A stretch of 64,000 nucleotides of DNA from Hydrolagus affinis. Taxonomy: Eukaryota. Of this stretch, positions 1-14,008 are shown piece by piece (position 1 is the stretch's first letter; each line of letters starts with the position of its first letter). A program made the translations under genes and the position numbers. The notes beneath the pieces are model-generated. The model was not told where the DNA came from and did not search any database. It worked only from the letters and a program-made list of their open reading frames with translations. Location of the stretch: assembly GCA_012026655.1 (NCBI GenBank), contig JAAILG010001367.1, positions 1-64,000 of the forward strand. The letters run 5' to 3'.

Positions 1-150
1 CAGAGTTTTGGATGACCTGCAGCCTGTGAATGGAGGAACTGGGGAGGCCGACGAGGAGAGAGTTTCCATAATCGAGCCTCGAGGTGATGTAGGCGTGCAC
101 TAGTGTTTCGGCAGCGCGGGGGGTAAGATAGTTGCGGAGCCTGGCAATTA
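1..150 (-). mobile_element. L2-clade LINE ORF2 fragment
   Basis: Minus translation [36 protein letters not shown]...RLQVIQNS. Confidence 0.85.
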
Positions 151-1067
151 AGTTACAGCCATGTTGGTTAAAAGCAAAATCCATAAAATACTTCTTCAAA
201 GGATTGTGAGAATGCAGAATACATTGTTCTAAACATTCATACACACATGCTGAAATATTCATTATGAGGAAGTTACTTGTGAAATAAAAAAGATTAAGAA
301 ATATGGAGGAGAGGGGAAAAAAGAAGGAACTACTCTTAAGTAATGCAATGATAAAGATCAAAGAAAAAATATCAAGTAATACAATGGTGGAGAAAGACCA
401 AATAAAATAAGAATCATTGCATTTGGTGTACCTCTTTGCATGTCGAGAAGACGACCCAAAGTACTGTATTCACAGGATATATTGTACAGTGAAGTCACTA
501 TGTTCTGTGGCTGTAAATGCTGTGGCTAAAATGCATCAGATATGTACCTGATTGTATCATTTTCTATTCCTCATGTTTGGTCTTCAAACTTTCCAGTTTA
601 CAGACAGATGCAAGAGATACAAATGCAAAATATAGAGAATGAATTCACAGTGGGTTAAACACACATTTTATTCCGTGGATTAAGTTAGTTTCAAATCATG
701 AAAAGGTCCTTAATCTGTTTACGAACTCGCTGAAACACCGGTTAGAAAACAAACGCTCTTATGATACGGTAAGGAAATTATGTCAACAAATGTTCAATTC
801 TATTGGGGTCATGGTGTTTACACAATGTTTTGCATTGTCGTAGAAGCATCATAGTTGTTTGCGAAGAGTGGGTTCAATCTGCTGGGGAATTGACATCAAC
901 TAAACAGTGTGCTTAACCACTTGGGGCTGGCAGAGGATGATTCAGTGATGACTTTAAAAAAAACTTGCAACAGCTTATTTCCTCTGATAGTCTATAATAA
1001 GTTGTCTGAATATCTGTATCCTGAGAGTGTACTCGAGCACACAACTGGTTTTCCACTTCAGTGCAAT

Positions 1068-1355
1068 ATAATAATAATCCTTGAATTTGATATAGCGCTT
1101 TTCACGTCTTCTAAACGTCTCAAAGCGCTTCACACAATATACTTTAAAGTGAATTGACTGCATATTTGTGGGCCAAACCCAGCACAGTCGAGGATTGAAA
1201 TGACCAATTTTATTATTGTGGTTTTTTTGGAGGGATTTTTATCAGCCGTGTAGAGTAAGGAAACTTGCCCAAGGTTTCCCCCTGACCTGCCTGGATTTGA
1301 ACACAGGCCTCACACTTGTAAGGCGAGTGCTCTAACCACTGAGCTGCAGGACTCC
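1068..1355 (-). mobile_element. tRNA-derived SINE (DeuSINE/SacSINE1-related family with L2-like tail), internally deleted
   Basis: Head GGAGTCCTGCAGCTCAGTGGTTAGAGC with A/B boxes; tail AAGCGCTATATCAAA...(ATT)n. Confidence 0.85.
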
Positions 1356-3814
1356 GAATACATGAATACATGAATACATGAGGTGCTTGTTAGCAAAAAG
1401 AAATGGGCCTTTCATATTGGTGCTGTAGTTCCACGGTAATGGCTCAGTTTAGAATAGCTTTAAGGTCCTGAATAAAGCCTCTGCTTAGATGTTGCAGGAG
1501 TTGACTTGTGTACAATTACTTTGGATTAATTCCTGGGCAGCAATGATGCTCATGTACTTTATCTCAGCAATAGCCAGTGTTAGCAATCAGTACTAAGCAT
1601 CCACAATGTGACGGTGGTGGTTGTGTTGCTTCAATGGGCAAACCCATAGTCTGGTTATATATCCTGTATATAATATGATAGTAGGCCTGAGTATCTATCA
1701 CTGTCTTTCCAAAACTGGGCTTAAGAAAACAACTTGCCAGAAGTCTGCATTCGTGCCTTGCACAGGGCACAGGAAAGCAAAAATTCTAACTGTGAATTAA
1801 CATCAACCGCTGTTTCACGTCATTCGATAAAGAACAGAATTTCCCCCAAATGAGGAATTGAAAGCCAAAGCAATGATTCAACAAAACTAACACAGGAATC
1901 CATTCTGATTTAATTCTGTCAGGAAATAACGCAGGATAGAATAAAGGAAAAACAGTGCATGTGGTTAATTTGTATTGTCAACAAGCATTTGTTGAGGTAC
2001 CACATGAGAGTTTTAGGGCAAGGATTATGGCTGGTGGAATTTTGGGGAATATGGGTGAATGGACGGAGAGGGGGTTAGAGGGTAGAATGTAAATAGTGGG
2101 GGGGAAACGGAGATCAACAACAAAATGACACTTGTATTGCGCCTTTCACATCAAAAGGATGTCCCAAGGCGCTGGGACGTCCCAAGATCATCAAGCTGGG
2201 ATGATGTAGGGGGTGGTCTTTCACATGGTAAGTGTCACAGCAACTATTATTTACTCAACACTGTTTCATTCAATCTACAAATGTACTATGTTTTAACTCT
2301 GACTGATAAAAAAAAATGTATCAAAATCTCAATATAATCTATTATATTATTATTACACAGGGTTTCCTGCTGATAAACGGCACAGCTTCTATATGTTGGG
2401 AAGCAAGGAATCAATAAATAGCCACCCAGCTCGTTAAGTCTATGGTTTCCATATAGATCACGTCCAATCTGGCCAGTGATGGACAACATCCAATTTAATG
2501 AAACATCAACTGATGGAAGTTCATCTTTGTGGTCCTGGGGCTAGAGCTCGTAGAACTGATCAGAAACCGAGAGAAGAAGTGATAAGATCACACTACCTAA
2601 ACATACCTTTATCTGGTATTAATTGTATATTTTTTAGGAAGCCTGCTAACGTTCACCGACTTGACTTATCTGATTAATGATTCATTGGTTGAGGCGCTGA
2701 AAGCTGTCTGCTGCCGACAAAACCACACTCCAGCGTGAAGTAGAAGGGGAGAGAATTGGAGGCAAAACTCGGCAAAATATCTCAACGCTGCTTCAATCTA
2801 AACTGAGAAGTTTGTAGGGCAAATTGTTGAGTACAGTATATTAGTATTTGAGAAAGGTTTTAAAGCTACTACTGTACTTGGTGTTTTACTCATGAAAAAA
2901 CAATTCTATGTATTTTCATCACAGGAAGGAAATCTAAAAATGTTCAATGCAGGTGTGGTTAATGTCTCTTTACTGTTGCTGCATCTCTGTCGCTCTTGAA
3001 TATGTTTGAGACCTTTTGCATTCCATTTATTCCATTCCATTTGTTGTGAGCGAATGTATCTCTGTGCAACATTTAATTGATTCCAAAATATTGAAATGCT
3101 GCTGGGATGGGAACCTGGAGAAATCTCAAGCCATTTGCTAATGGTTTAAAGAGGATGGCTTAAAATAGTCATTATTAGGTACACACATTATGTATTCACA
3201 TATAGAATGCTAGTCTAGTGGAATGAGATGCTGGTAAGAAAGCCAGTACTAGGAGATGTGTAGAAATATTCCATGAGAATTAAGTCAACAACGTTAAATT
3301 AACACACATTATGCTACTGCTAGATAAAGCATGTAGAGTTAGAATCACTTAGGAAAGACTAGAATTATGCAAGGATTTTTGCAATCGAGGTCAAGTCTTG
3401 AAAACGCTCAGCATTTAAGTGTTGGCGAATTACAAAGTTTGAATCTTAATATCCTAACTTGCCGGGTATTAGTCCTGTAACACAATATGCTGAAATGAAC
3501 GCTAGACAAAAGTTAAAAGAGAATGCAATGTTATACATGTAAATTATGGGCTTTGCTCGTGGTAATGATTTAAAAACAGTCAATAGTTATAGCTGGCCAG
3601 AAAGGGAAGTGGTAGTTGGGGAGAGGAGGGGAATACTCCAACGTCAATGGTATTTGTTAAACACATTTCCAACTGATCAGATTGTTGAAATACATGTGCA
3701 AGTATTAAACTTTGGAAGCTTAGTTCTGCATTTTCATTTACACTTCTGATTTTAAGGATCTTGACTAGACTTGTACAAGCTTGCACAGGTACCTGTGGTT
3801 AAGTGAGGTCAGAT

Positions 3815-4030
3815 TTAATAATAATAATAATCGTTGCATTTGATATAGAGTTTTTCGCGTCTTCTAGACGTTTCAAAGCTTTTCACAGAATATACTGTAA
3901 AGTGAATTGGCTATAAATATGTGGGCAAAATGCGGCAGCCAATTGCGCACATTAGTGTCCCCACAAACAGCCGTGGATTGAAATGACAAAAAAAAAATTG
4001 GGAGGGATTATTTATTAAATATTTATTGAA
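3815..4030 (-). mobile_element. SINE, 5'-truncated copy of the same family
   Basis: Shares body and tail with the other copies. Confidence 0.8.
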
Positions 4031-5265
4031 TATTATTATTTAAACAAGTATAAATGAAGGACATCCTTCCAAGAAGTCAATTCCCACCGACTTGAGGGGA
4101 GAGGGAAAACAAGAAAAACCTTAAAGATTGGAATATGAAAGCCGTTTGCTGAGCTCAAAATAAACAGTTTAATTGGCTACTTTTCTTTCTCGTTGTTCTT
4201 TGTGAAACGTTATTGATGTAAATCAGCTGTCATCTTTGCCTGTGTCATAACTACTTATTTTGTAAAGAGCTGTAAAGTGCACTTTTTACAGAGAAAGAGC
4301 ACTTGCAAAACTGTATAATTATTGAAGTACTGTACTGTAAATTGCATTTAATGCTTTGTGATTCAGAGTTGGTTTTAAATTGTGTTGCCATGGAGCCCGG
4401 ACTTTGGAATACGTCTGCAAGCAATCTTTAACTGGACTCCTCCATTGTTATCTTTAATTCCTGGAAACGACTCCTACACATTGGAGTGTCACCTCCTATA
4501 CTTTCTCTTCACGTTGAATAACTGTTGCAACACAACAGCTTACCAATGACTAATGTTTTGTCTACAAACGGTAACTAAACTGTTTTTGCTACATTTTTCA
4601 TCTTGCGCCAGCGTCTCAAGAACCCAACATAATGGAACCTTATAGGCCACTAGACACTTAATCATCAAATGAACCAAGTAAATCCTGTTAAAGATTGGGG
4701 GCAGTTATGAAAGGTTTTAGCCAAGATTATAACAGGACGAGATGGGAAGAATTGGAGAGACCAGAGTACAGTAGGACCCAAGGACCCAACCGAGGACCCA
4801 CCTTAACAACTGGGCAAGTGAGACCACGACAGAGGTTAAATTTGATAGTAATACTTTACTGATAAGTCATCATCATGGAGACAGCTCAACCCGCTGTCTC
4901 CCTCTCCCTACTTCCGCTCCCCACCACGCCCGCCCCCCCCTCCCCCCACTCCACTACCCCTTTTCATGTCAGGAGGATGTCCCAAGGTGCTGAAATACTG
5001 AAAGACGATATGCGACGTAGATATTTGTGAATATTAATAAATAGAGATGGGAATCTCTGTGGGAATACACCTATTGGGCTGATCATAAACAGCGGTTCAA
5101 ACTTGTGCCTTGAGGCAAAAGAAGCCAGCTGGAGTTGGGAGTTGCACATTGTAACGTAATTATTGAGCCTGTGCCAATCATTAAAACATGGTCACAAAAC
5201 CAGACTGTATATTTGCAGATTTGAAACAGATGTTGGAATTTTATTTTTACCCAGATACATTTGTA

Positions 5266-5571
5266 CTGTAGCTCAGTGGTTAGAGCACTCGACTTACAAG
5301 CGTGAGACCTGTGTTTCGAATCCAGCCAGGTCAGGGTGAAATCTTGGGCGAGTTTCCTTACGCCTAATAATAATCCGTCCAAAAAACAATAATAAATTGG
5401 TCATTTTCAATCCATGACTGTTTGTGGGACACTGCTGTGTGCAATTGGCGGCCGCATTTCGCCCACAAATATACAGCCAATTCACTTGACAGTATATTCT
5501 GTGAAGTGCTTTGTGATGTCTAGAAGACGTGAAAAGCGCTATATCAAATGGAAGGATTATTATTATTTATT
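5266..5571 (+). mobile_element. SINE, near full length
   Basis: A box TAGCTCAGTGG, B box GTTTCGAATCC, GTGGGACACTGCTGTGTGCAATTGGC core, (ATT)n tail. Confidence 0.88.
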
Positions 5572-6599
5572 ACCGCTTCATCTTTCTTTTCCCTCAGATT
5601 GAACAAAGCTAATTCAAAATCTCTCAAAAATCCATCAACAAATAGTTTCACCTTTGCAAATCATCAGAATGTGGAGGTATCATAATAATATGGATATCAG
5701 TCTAAGAGTGAGAACATTCCTGTATCTGCCTTTCTCTCCTCCTTCCCCAATATACAGTAGTTAAATTTTTTAGGTAAGGATGGTGGGAATAAGATCCAAT
5801 GCAAACTGAGATGCTGTTCTAAGGTTGAGACTGTGGACATGGTTTTAGGATAGAGTAGGAGAAGCTTTGTTTAGCTTTAACTTCTGCTGTCTTATCTGTG
5901 AATGTATAACATTGACAATGTCTGACATGTGCGCAAAGATATTCTATTCCCGAGGTCTCACATTCCTCACTTTAATGAGCACAAACATTTCCCAATAAAT
6001 AAGATATAACCAGATAACCAATAGTTATCTTGGAAACATTAAAAGCCCTCTTTGAAACTAGACAAACCATCTGCATAATGTACACTACGTTGAATGTGGG
6101 CTGTTTATTCTGGGTCAAAAGGTTTTGTTCACTTTATCCTAAGGAGAAATTAGACATTGAAAGATCGATCTATATCACCAAATACGAATTACAACTGTTT
6201 TGCAAGGATCTTACAAGACAAAGGAGAATCCTATCCACTTAACTTGAGCCTGTTTATATCATCAGCCCACTCATGATGACAAAACAATTGTAGTCTTGAC
6301 ACTTCCCTGCCAAGACACGCACTAAACTTACCGCTTATGTCAATGTCGAGATAAGCTTCAGCAGGCTTATACTATATCGCCACATCTTTCCAGTTCCTCA
6401 CTGAACATTGTATTACACGCGAGTCAGTGATTAGTTTGGAGGGTGATTGTGACTTGTGTGTGTGTGTGAGTGATTGCAGATGAGTGGATTTGACATGTGG
6501 GTGTGTGTAGCACATGTTAAGTTATTTCAGGTTATAGAATAGCTATGTCACAAGTGCCATTCATACAGCTGTACCATAATAGAAATGATTACTGTATGC

Positions 6600-6725
6600 A
6601 ATAGGCTGCCTGTAATTCACTTTACAGTATATTCTGCGAAGCGCTTTGAGACATCTCGAAGTTGAGATGTCGATAAGATGTGAAAAGCTTTATATCAAAT
6701 GCAAGGACTATTATATTATTATTAC
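6600..6725 (+). mobile_element. SINE 3' fragment
   Basis: TTCACTTTACAGTATATTCTG...AAATGCAAGG tail. Confidence 0.7.
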
Positions 6726-6828
6726 TCTATTTCAACTGGAATGAAATGGAAACTTGATTTGAAAACTCTATGGAGGGTAAATATCACAGGAAATCTGCAA
6801 AACCTTCTCTGTGAAACACAACACCCTA

Positions 6829-6868
6829 GAATCAATCAATCAATCAATCAACCAATCAACCAATCAAT
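6829..6868. repeat. (CAAT)n microsatellite at the tail of a minus-strand L2 3' stub
   Basis: Direct observation. Confidence 0.9.
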
Positions 6869-7414
6869 ACTTACATTTATATAGCGCCTTTCACATCGAG
6901 AGGACGTCCCAAGGCGCTATACAGTTAGGTAGGGACAAGAGCAACGGGCGAGGGGCCAGGGCAGGACGAAGAAGAGTAGGAAAATTGACTGTATATTTGT
7001 GGGCAAAATATACTTGGTTGGTTGAAACCTGCCTCACGCATTAAAGGCCGAATTCGAAGCAGAGACAGACATATGTGTCGCAGATAAAGAAAAGAAAAAG
7101 GGTCAAATATGAAGATGCCGAGGATGCATTCACCAGCTAATTTCATGAAAAACTCTGAAAATATCACCATTTCTGTTGGTTGTGAGATGTTCAATGAGAA
7201 GGCCAAGACTTTTGTCTATCAGCTAGGAGTGAAAAGTTTCAAAACGCCTTGTTTTTCAAGTGCGCCCCTGGGCGAAACTTACTGCATACTGGATGAAATA
7301 CATGTAAATAAATGCTTCTAATTACAGTATTACATATTAAATACCCATAAATAAATGCTGTAGCAATTTATAACTATCCATGTATCGCCGTTATTTGTCC
7401 ATTGGTGTCAACAG

Positions 7415-7650
7415 GGAGAAACCTTGGGCAAGTTTCCTTTCTCCACAGTCCTAATAATGATCCCTCAAAAAAAAAAAAAAAAAAAAATTGGTCATTTCAA
7501 TCCACGGCTGTTTGTGGGATACTGCTGTGCGCAATTGGCTGCTGCGTATTGCCCCCAAATATACAGTGAATTCACTTTACAGTATATTCTGTGAAGCGCT
7601 TTGAGACGTCGATAAGATGTGAAAATGCAAGGATTATTATTATTACTATA
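7415..7650 (+). mobile_element. SINE, 5'-truncated, with internal poly(A)
   Basis: Family body and tail. Confidence 0.8.
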
Positions 7651-9596
7651 ACATAAATGGATACAAACCATAACATGTGGCCAGCAGGAAGTCTTGCAAC
7701 CAACTGATGTGTGCATCCACTCTTCAAGTAGAACAGGCAATTCTGCCATCAATGGAACTCCGGGATTCTGCTGCCGACTTGTGCAAGGCTCGCCATAAAG
7801 ATCGAAAGCTGCAGTTTCAAAGTCCAAACTGCGCGGATCTCCGGCAGCGCAGCTGTTGGGGAGTCCAATAATTGACCTCTCTTTTTCAGGTTGGAGAACG
7901 AAAATATTCAGTTCGGGTTTCTGCTGCTGGTTGTTGAGGTTTTTAATGTCTGTGTATTAATTGGACTCAACTGTGGGAATCCTGCTGCTGCACAGCCTGT
8001 TAATACTCATTGTCAACAGCCACATGTGAATAACAAGCTGTTTTCCATAGAAACTCAGTAGAAGAAGGAAAAGCAGTCAAACGTCTTAGGATAGTGGAAA
8101 AATTGAAAACAAAATTCCTAAATTACTCTTCCGGAAAACGTTAAGGCTCCTAAAGTAAACACTTTACATCTGAATTACTTCTTGGTGTTCGATTAAAATC
8201 GAAAGGACATGAAGAGATGAAACAGGAACCTTAGTTTCAGTACACGATAGATAAAGAGTTAGTAAATCATTGGTGACTTAAATGCACATTAGTGAATCAT
8301 TGGTAAGTTCTATGTAGATTATAGGTGACTTGTGACAGCTATTGTAGTTCTGGAGTAGAATTTCAATGTTGACCTCTTGTTGAGCAATAGCTGGCTTTAG
8401 ACAGAGTTAAAGAAGGGAAGCAGTCTCAAAAATGGTAATCATGGAGTGAACTTATCACAATTTGCAATGACTTTACCGACAGATATCAGACAACCTGAAA
8501 GCATTACGGTGCTTCAATTTGGAAAGACATTTCTTGATTGAATTAATGTACAGTATAAGTACAGCAGCAATGGTTTCACTCAATGTTGAGAAACATTTAA
8601 AGCATACTGCACAGCACAGAGTTTTGTAGCATGCAATTTAGTGCAAATCGTAGGTTGTTTTATTTTAGTATTGCTATAGGAATGCAAGTCATTCCATTCA
8701 AATCGAAAGGATTGCAGAGATGACATGCTGACATACAGACCCATTATCATTAATATAAATAAGCCACAATTCATTTACCTGTTGAACCTTATTTTTTAAT
8801 TATCTTTCTTCAGCATCAATAGTCTTACACTTTCTTGGATCTGGAACCTAAACCAGAGACAGGGGGGAAACTGAAATCTTTATATAGTGCCTTTGATGTC
8901 AGGAGAACCATACCAAGGCTCTTAACAATCCTGGCTTGGCATCTCAGCTGGGAGTGCGGAGGAAAAAGATGGCCAAAAACACAATCAAAGAGTCTTGATT
9001 TGGACCTTGAACGGAGTGAGGGAAGTATTAAATTGAAGGGATTGCATGATGGTGTTTAACCTGAAATGTTTTAATATTTATTTAACACTTGAAGCTATAG
9101 GTAGAGTGGGGACATACCAGAGGCTAAAATGAACAGCCTTATACAGTAGTCATATCACTCCTTTGGCTAATATCTTTGGGTTCCTCTTGTGACACTGCAG
9201 GGTAACAACCTAGAACATATTTATATTAAATATGTTCTTGATCTGCTTTCCGGTCTTTGATTCCACGCTTAATTGCCTCATAGTACACATCACTGATCTA
9301 TTAACCCACTCAAATCATGAGACAAGCTGGAGGCAGAAGAATGCCACTAAAAGAGAAGTGCAACCCTTCCTGTGATCAGACAATGGGATGAACTCATCTT
9401 TCTCCTAGTATTTCCTCTTTTTCCTTTCAAAGTCATACATTGAATCTGCGTTACACAGAAAACCTGTCGTCTTTATAATCTGCATTGACTTAATACTTAA
9501 AATGTGTATGGACAGTAGTGATTGGAGGGTTATCAGCAAACTTTGTGATCTACAAGTCTGAAATGTGGTAAAAATGTAAATCAATGGGAAGATATG

Positions 9597-9598
9597 TA

Positions 9599-9652
<54 letters not shown>
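9597..9652. repeat. (TA)n microsatellite
   Basis: Direct observation. Confidence 0.95.
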
Positions 9653-9653
<1 letters not shown>

Positions 9654-9929
9654 ATTAGAGGACAATGATGCCTTCTCCAGATAATTGAGTGCTCTTTAAT
9701 TAATTTTGACAAAATTAAGGGAGATTATGAGCTGCAAAGTTGGTTAAATGAAATTATAGTTGAATTCCGCTTTGAGGATCAAAAAAGGAAGTTGCAGAGA
9801 ATGCAAGAGGAATTCAGTCAAATGAGGTTCTTTTGAATTCTTCTACGTATGAAAGGTGGGACCGATATAGGAGGATGAAAGAGCTGGATTTAGTTTTTTA
9901 AACAAAAGGTTGATTAATAATACTAAAAA

Positions 9930-10090
9930 TCATAATCCTTGCATTTGATATAGCGCTTTTCACATCTTCTAGACATCTCAAAGCTCTTCACAGAGTATAC
10001 TGTAAAGTGAATCGACTGCATGTTTGTGGGTGAAGCACAGCAGCCAATTGCACACAGCAGCGTCTCACAGTCGTGGATTGAATGACAAAA
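9930..10090 (-). mobile_element. SINE 3' half
   Basis: Family tail and core. Confidence 0.8.
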
Positions 10091-10859
10091 TTAGTTTTAT
10101 TTGCGATAAATAAATAAGATGACCTAATTCATTATTGAAAACCTAATCAAAACCCCAGATTGCCTGTTCGGTCCAGGGTTGTGCTACAATGAGCATGGCC
10201 TCTAACCACTGGGCTGCCAGACAGACTCTCTCCAAACCTCTCTACCATCACCAACCACATAACCATTAGAACAAACATCAAACCAAACCAATAGCAACAC
10301 TGCAATGACTGATTCCATAGAATTGTTAATTTGTTGGTTCAGGTATCTAGGACACTACCCAGTGTGTTAAGCGCTATCTAAATTCAAGTTGTTTTCAGAT
10401 CAGCGTTTGTTTTTTTGATTGAGTCATTAATTACTGTCCCTTCTCTGTCCACTATTACAATGAACTCTGTTTTTCCTGGCATATACCACCCCCCACCGCC
10501 CCTCCATCCACATTTGATCAAAAATTCTATTTGATTGGCTCCCATGTCAATTTTGATGGGATGTCTGCCTGCGTAGCAGTATGCAGTGAAGCGCTCTCAA
10601 GAGGCGAAAAGCAAGCACTGTTGAAATGTATGTCGATAAGTAGCTTCACACACTTTCTGCGATTAGAAAAGATGAACCTAGCAAAATGAGAAACATTCCT
10701 CTAAAAATGACTTTTCTCAATGTTGATGCAATTTAAACGTGTTCTCTTCTCCATGTGCAATATGATTTGTATTACAATTTTATATTTTTTTACTACATTT
10801 TCACTTTGTTGCATCAATGTTACTTACTTATTTGGGTATTTATTTACTTATTTATCTGA

Positions 10860-11090
10860 AAACAAGTTTCCTTACTCCACACGCTTAATAATAATCCCTC
10901 CAAAAAAAACAATAATAAAATTGTTCATTTCAATCCATGACTGTTTGGGGGACACTGCTGTGTGTAATTGGCTGCTTTGTTTCGCCCACAAATATTCAGT
11001 CAATTCACTTTACAGTTTATTCTATGAAGTGCTTTGAGATGTTGATAAGATGTGAAAAGTGCGAAATCAAAATACAAGGATTATTATTAC
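10860..11090 (+). mobile_element. SINE, 5'-truncated
   Basis: Family body and tail. Confidence 0.8.
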
Positions 11091-13179
11091 TTTACTTATA
11101 TAGAATTATATCTATTATAATACTCATATTCCACGATCTGTTCATGGCTGTTAGCGATTTTTTAAATTCTTGTTGAATTTAACTTCCATCTAACTTGTGC
11201 TCTTAGTTTGACACTGCTGTCCTCTTCCACACTTTAGCTGCTTCCTTGTTTCAGTTCTAATGAAAGATCCTGTCTTCGGGTTCATACCATTAGCCCACAA
11301 AGGCCTTTTTCTAGTTTTACACAATCGTGTTAACACTCCCCATTGCCAATTAGCAGAGGTTGGTGAGAAAAATTGCCAGAATGCATTATTCATGTATAGA
11401 AAGTACAAAAACTAATGTGCAAATTTAAAAAATGAAGTTCCAAGAACTATTTGAAGCGCATCGCATTACAATTGCAAGTCCGAACATGCCATTCACAAAT
11501 TGTGCAGATTATAGAGAAGGAATGAGGATAAATCCAGGCCATGAACTGGTAACCCACAAAGGAAAAATTCTAAATTAACTTGGGTGTGAATGTCGGGACT
11601 AGTAGAAATTAATGCAAAATTCCAAAGGCTATAGCTAAACTGGAGATTAAAAGGAGAATGGTGGTGAAGAGGTTAATTCTCTGTTAATCAACTATTTTAA
11701 AATCAGCTTCAGTGAATTCTTTTTGAGGTGAAGGGAATAGATGGCTTGTTTCCCACCGGGACTAGAAAGGGAATGTAGGATACTTGCTGTCAGATCAATG
11801 ATTGTGCATGAGCTGGCAAAGGTATGGCTTCCATGGCTTTTTCTCGTTACAGGTTCCTATCGGCTCACTCTTCTGAAATGTTAACTTCCTCTTTCAGATC
11901 CTGCTCTGTAGCCTCTACCTTCACTGCTCTCACCTCAGAGTACGTTTTAGTTTTGGCCACAATGCAGAGTGTGGTAAACTTTCATAAGAAATATAATATC
12001 AGATTCAAGCTGCCAACAGTTTATGACGCTGCCTATGGCAATTCATTTGCGGATATAATATTCGATAGGAGTACTGTCCTGCATTCTCAACAGAAATTGG
12101 ATTATAAATTACAACGGTTTAAAATGTTATATCCCAGCAAGTATATTTCCATTTTCAAGTTCCCGGTTCCTCCTTCTCCACAGGCGTGGTTTTACTATCT
12201 GCCGAAAAAAAACTGACTCCTGCATTACACAAGCAGCCTATTGATCAGGGGCTTTTCTTATGCAGCTGTACAACGCATTTATAGAAACTTGGGGAATAAA
12301 AACAAAGCGTTTTAGAACAGTGTAACCCTTCCCCTTTCGATTCCCAACCCAACCTATCTACCTACCTACTAAAAATGCAAGCAATTGCCCCTTGAAGCCA
12401 TTTGTACTATCAGCCTCAAGTGTTTTTCCTGATATCTTATTTATATCCCCAGCTTTATAAAAGGTCTACAAACACAAACTTGGATCGTAGCACTCCAGGA
12501 TGTGCCAACAATCCTCCCTCAGCACACTGCAGACCAATGAACCTCTGCTGAGGTAACCATTTTGTTGTTGCATTGCTGTGCATTTTGCCAATTGTGGAAA
12601 ATGACTGAATATCAATCATCAAACTATGTTGGTCTCCGTTGGTTGATCATCTGGTGTCCGAGACCAGTCTGCTCAATCTTTAAGTTGAGAATACCTTGCA
12701 AAATAAATTGATTAAACTGAAGAACAATACTCGGGTTCCCCTATGATGTTCAAAGTCCGGTCTAGATCTGATAAAGCTTAAGAAAATCTCAAGGAACAGG
12801 ATTGGAAAATTCCACGCATTTAACCAACCATGAATAAACAAACCACTGCCAGGTTCAGGTGAACTGTAAAACAATTCATCACCTGATTCCTAATTTTCTC
12901 CCCCACCTCAATTCAGATCTGTCCAATATGGTGTGAAAGGGTTTTTTAATATCTTTCACCCACAAAATTCACAAACCACTTTACAATATATTCTGTGAAG
13001 CACTTGAAAATGTGTGAACGATGTGATAAGGGCCTATACAAAATGCAAGGATTACTGTTATTATTTTCTTTGGTGTTATCTCGACAGAACTATTTCCTAT
13101 GTCATGTGTGGGATAAATACTATAAGAGGTTAGAATTCAAGTAGTCCATGGAGGAATAGACTAAAATCGGGTCATATAG

Positions 13180-13370
13180 CCTTTCCGTGCCATTCTAAGG
13201 TAGTGAGACATTCGTAAGTATTTCTGTACACAGTGAATAATCAACAGCTGGAATGAACAGCAGTTGAGGGTGAGGCAGTGCACAGTGATGAAGTAGCTTA
13301 ACGGTAGCATGGAAAGAGAATGGTTAGTAGCTTGGAAGGATCAACCGTAATTGTCTTCTCCAGTCCTGTA
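13180..13370 (+). mobile_element. Degraded CR1-like LINE 3' end
   Basis: Resembles the CR1 ORF2 end (F/CTQRII..WN) plus 3' UTR; recognised by eye. Confidence 0.45.
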
Positions 13371-13374
13371 CATA

Positions 13375-13668
13375 ATATTTCTTGCATTTGATATAGTGCT
13401 TTTCACGTCTTCTAGATGTCTCAAAGCGCTTCACAGAATATACTGTAAAGCAAATTGACTATATATGTGGGCAAAACTTGGAAGCCAATTGTGCATATCA
13501 GAGTCCCACAAACAGTCATGGATTGAAATGACCAGTGAATTTTTTTTTGAGGGATTATTAGTAGACATGTGGAATAAGCAAACTTGGCCAAGGTTTTGCC
13601 CCATCTGGAATTGAAGTCAGGTCTCTTGCTTGTAAGGTGAGTGCTCTAACTACTGAGCTACAAGCTCC
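13375..13668 (-). mobile_element. SINE, full length
   Basis: tRNA head through tail, just downstream of the CCDC18 polyA signal. Confidence 0.88.
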
Positions 13669-13780
13669 ACATTCATTCCTATGTTCAATATTTCATAGTG
13701 AACAAAATCATATTTTTCACTAAATTAGAATTTTCGGTGGAAAAAAGTAGCTGGAAGAGAATACATACGAATATGAGAAA

Positions 13781-13786
13781 TTTATT
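13781..13786 (-). terminator. Putative CCDC18 polyadenylation signal (AATAAA)
   Basis: tttatt on + strand downstream of the stop codon. Confidence 0.55.
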
Positions 13787-14008
13787 TTACAAAGGAAAAA
13801 AATTCAGAATATTTCACTGTTGAAGTACATTTATATTTTACCAATCTTCACAACGTTTATCAATACAAATCATTTTTTAACATCCACCGACACAATAAAT
13901 TACTAGCGTGAAAATAAAAAAATAGGAAAACTTTTATATTCAGAAACTCCAAGGCATTCGTTTAATTGGCATGAAGATGATGCCAGTGTTTTACTTTCCA
14001 CGCAGGTT

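Noticed and set aside
5266-5335. tRNA-like sequence with A/B boxes (also at 1355, 13668, 53491)
   Set aside because: SINE heads continuous with SINE body; no complete acceptor stem, so not tRNA genes.
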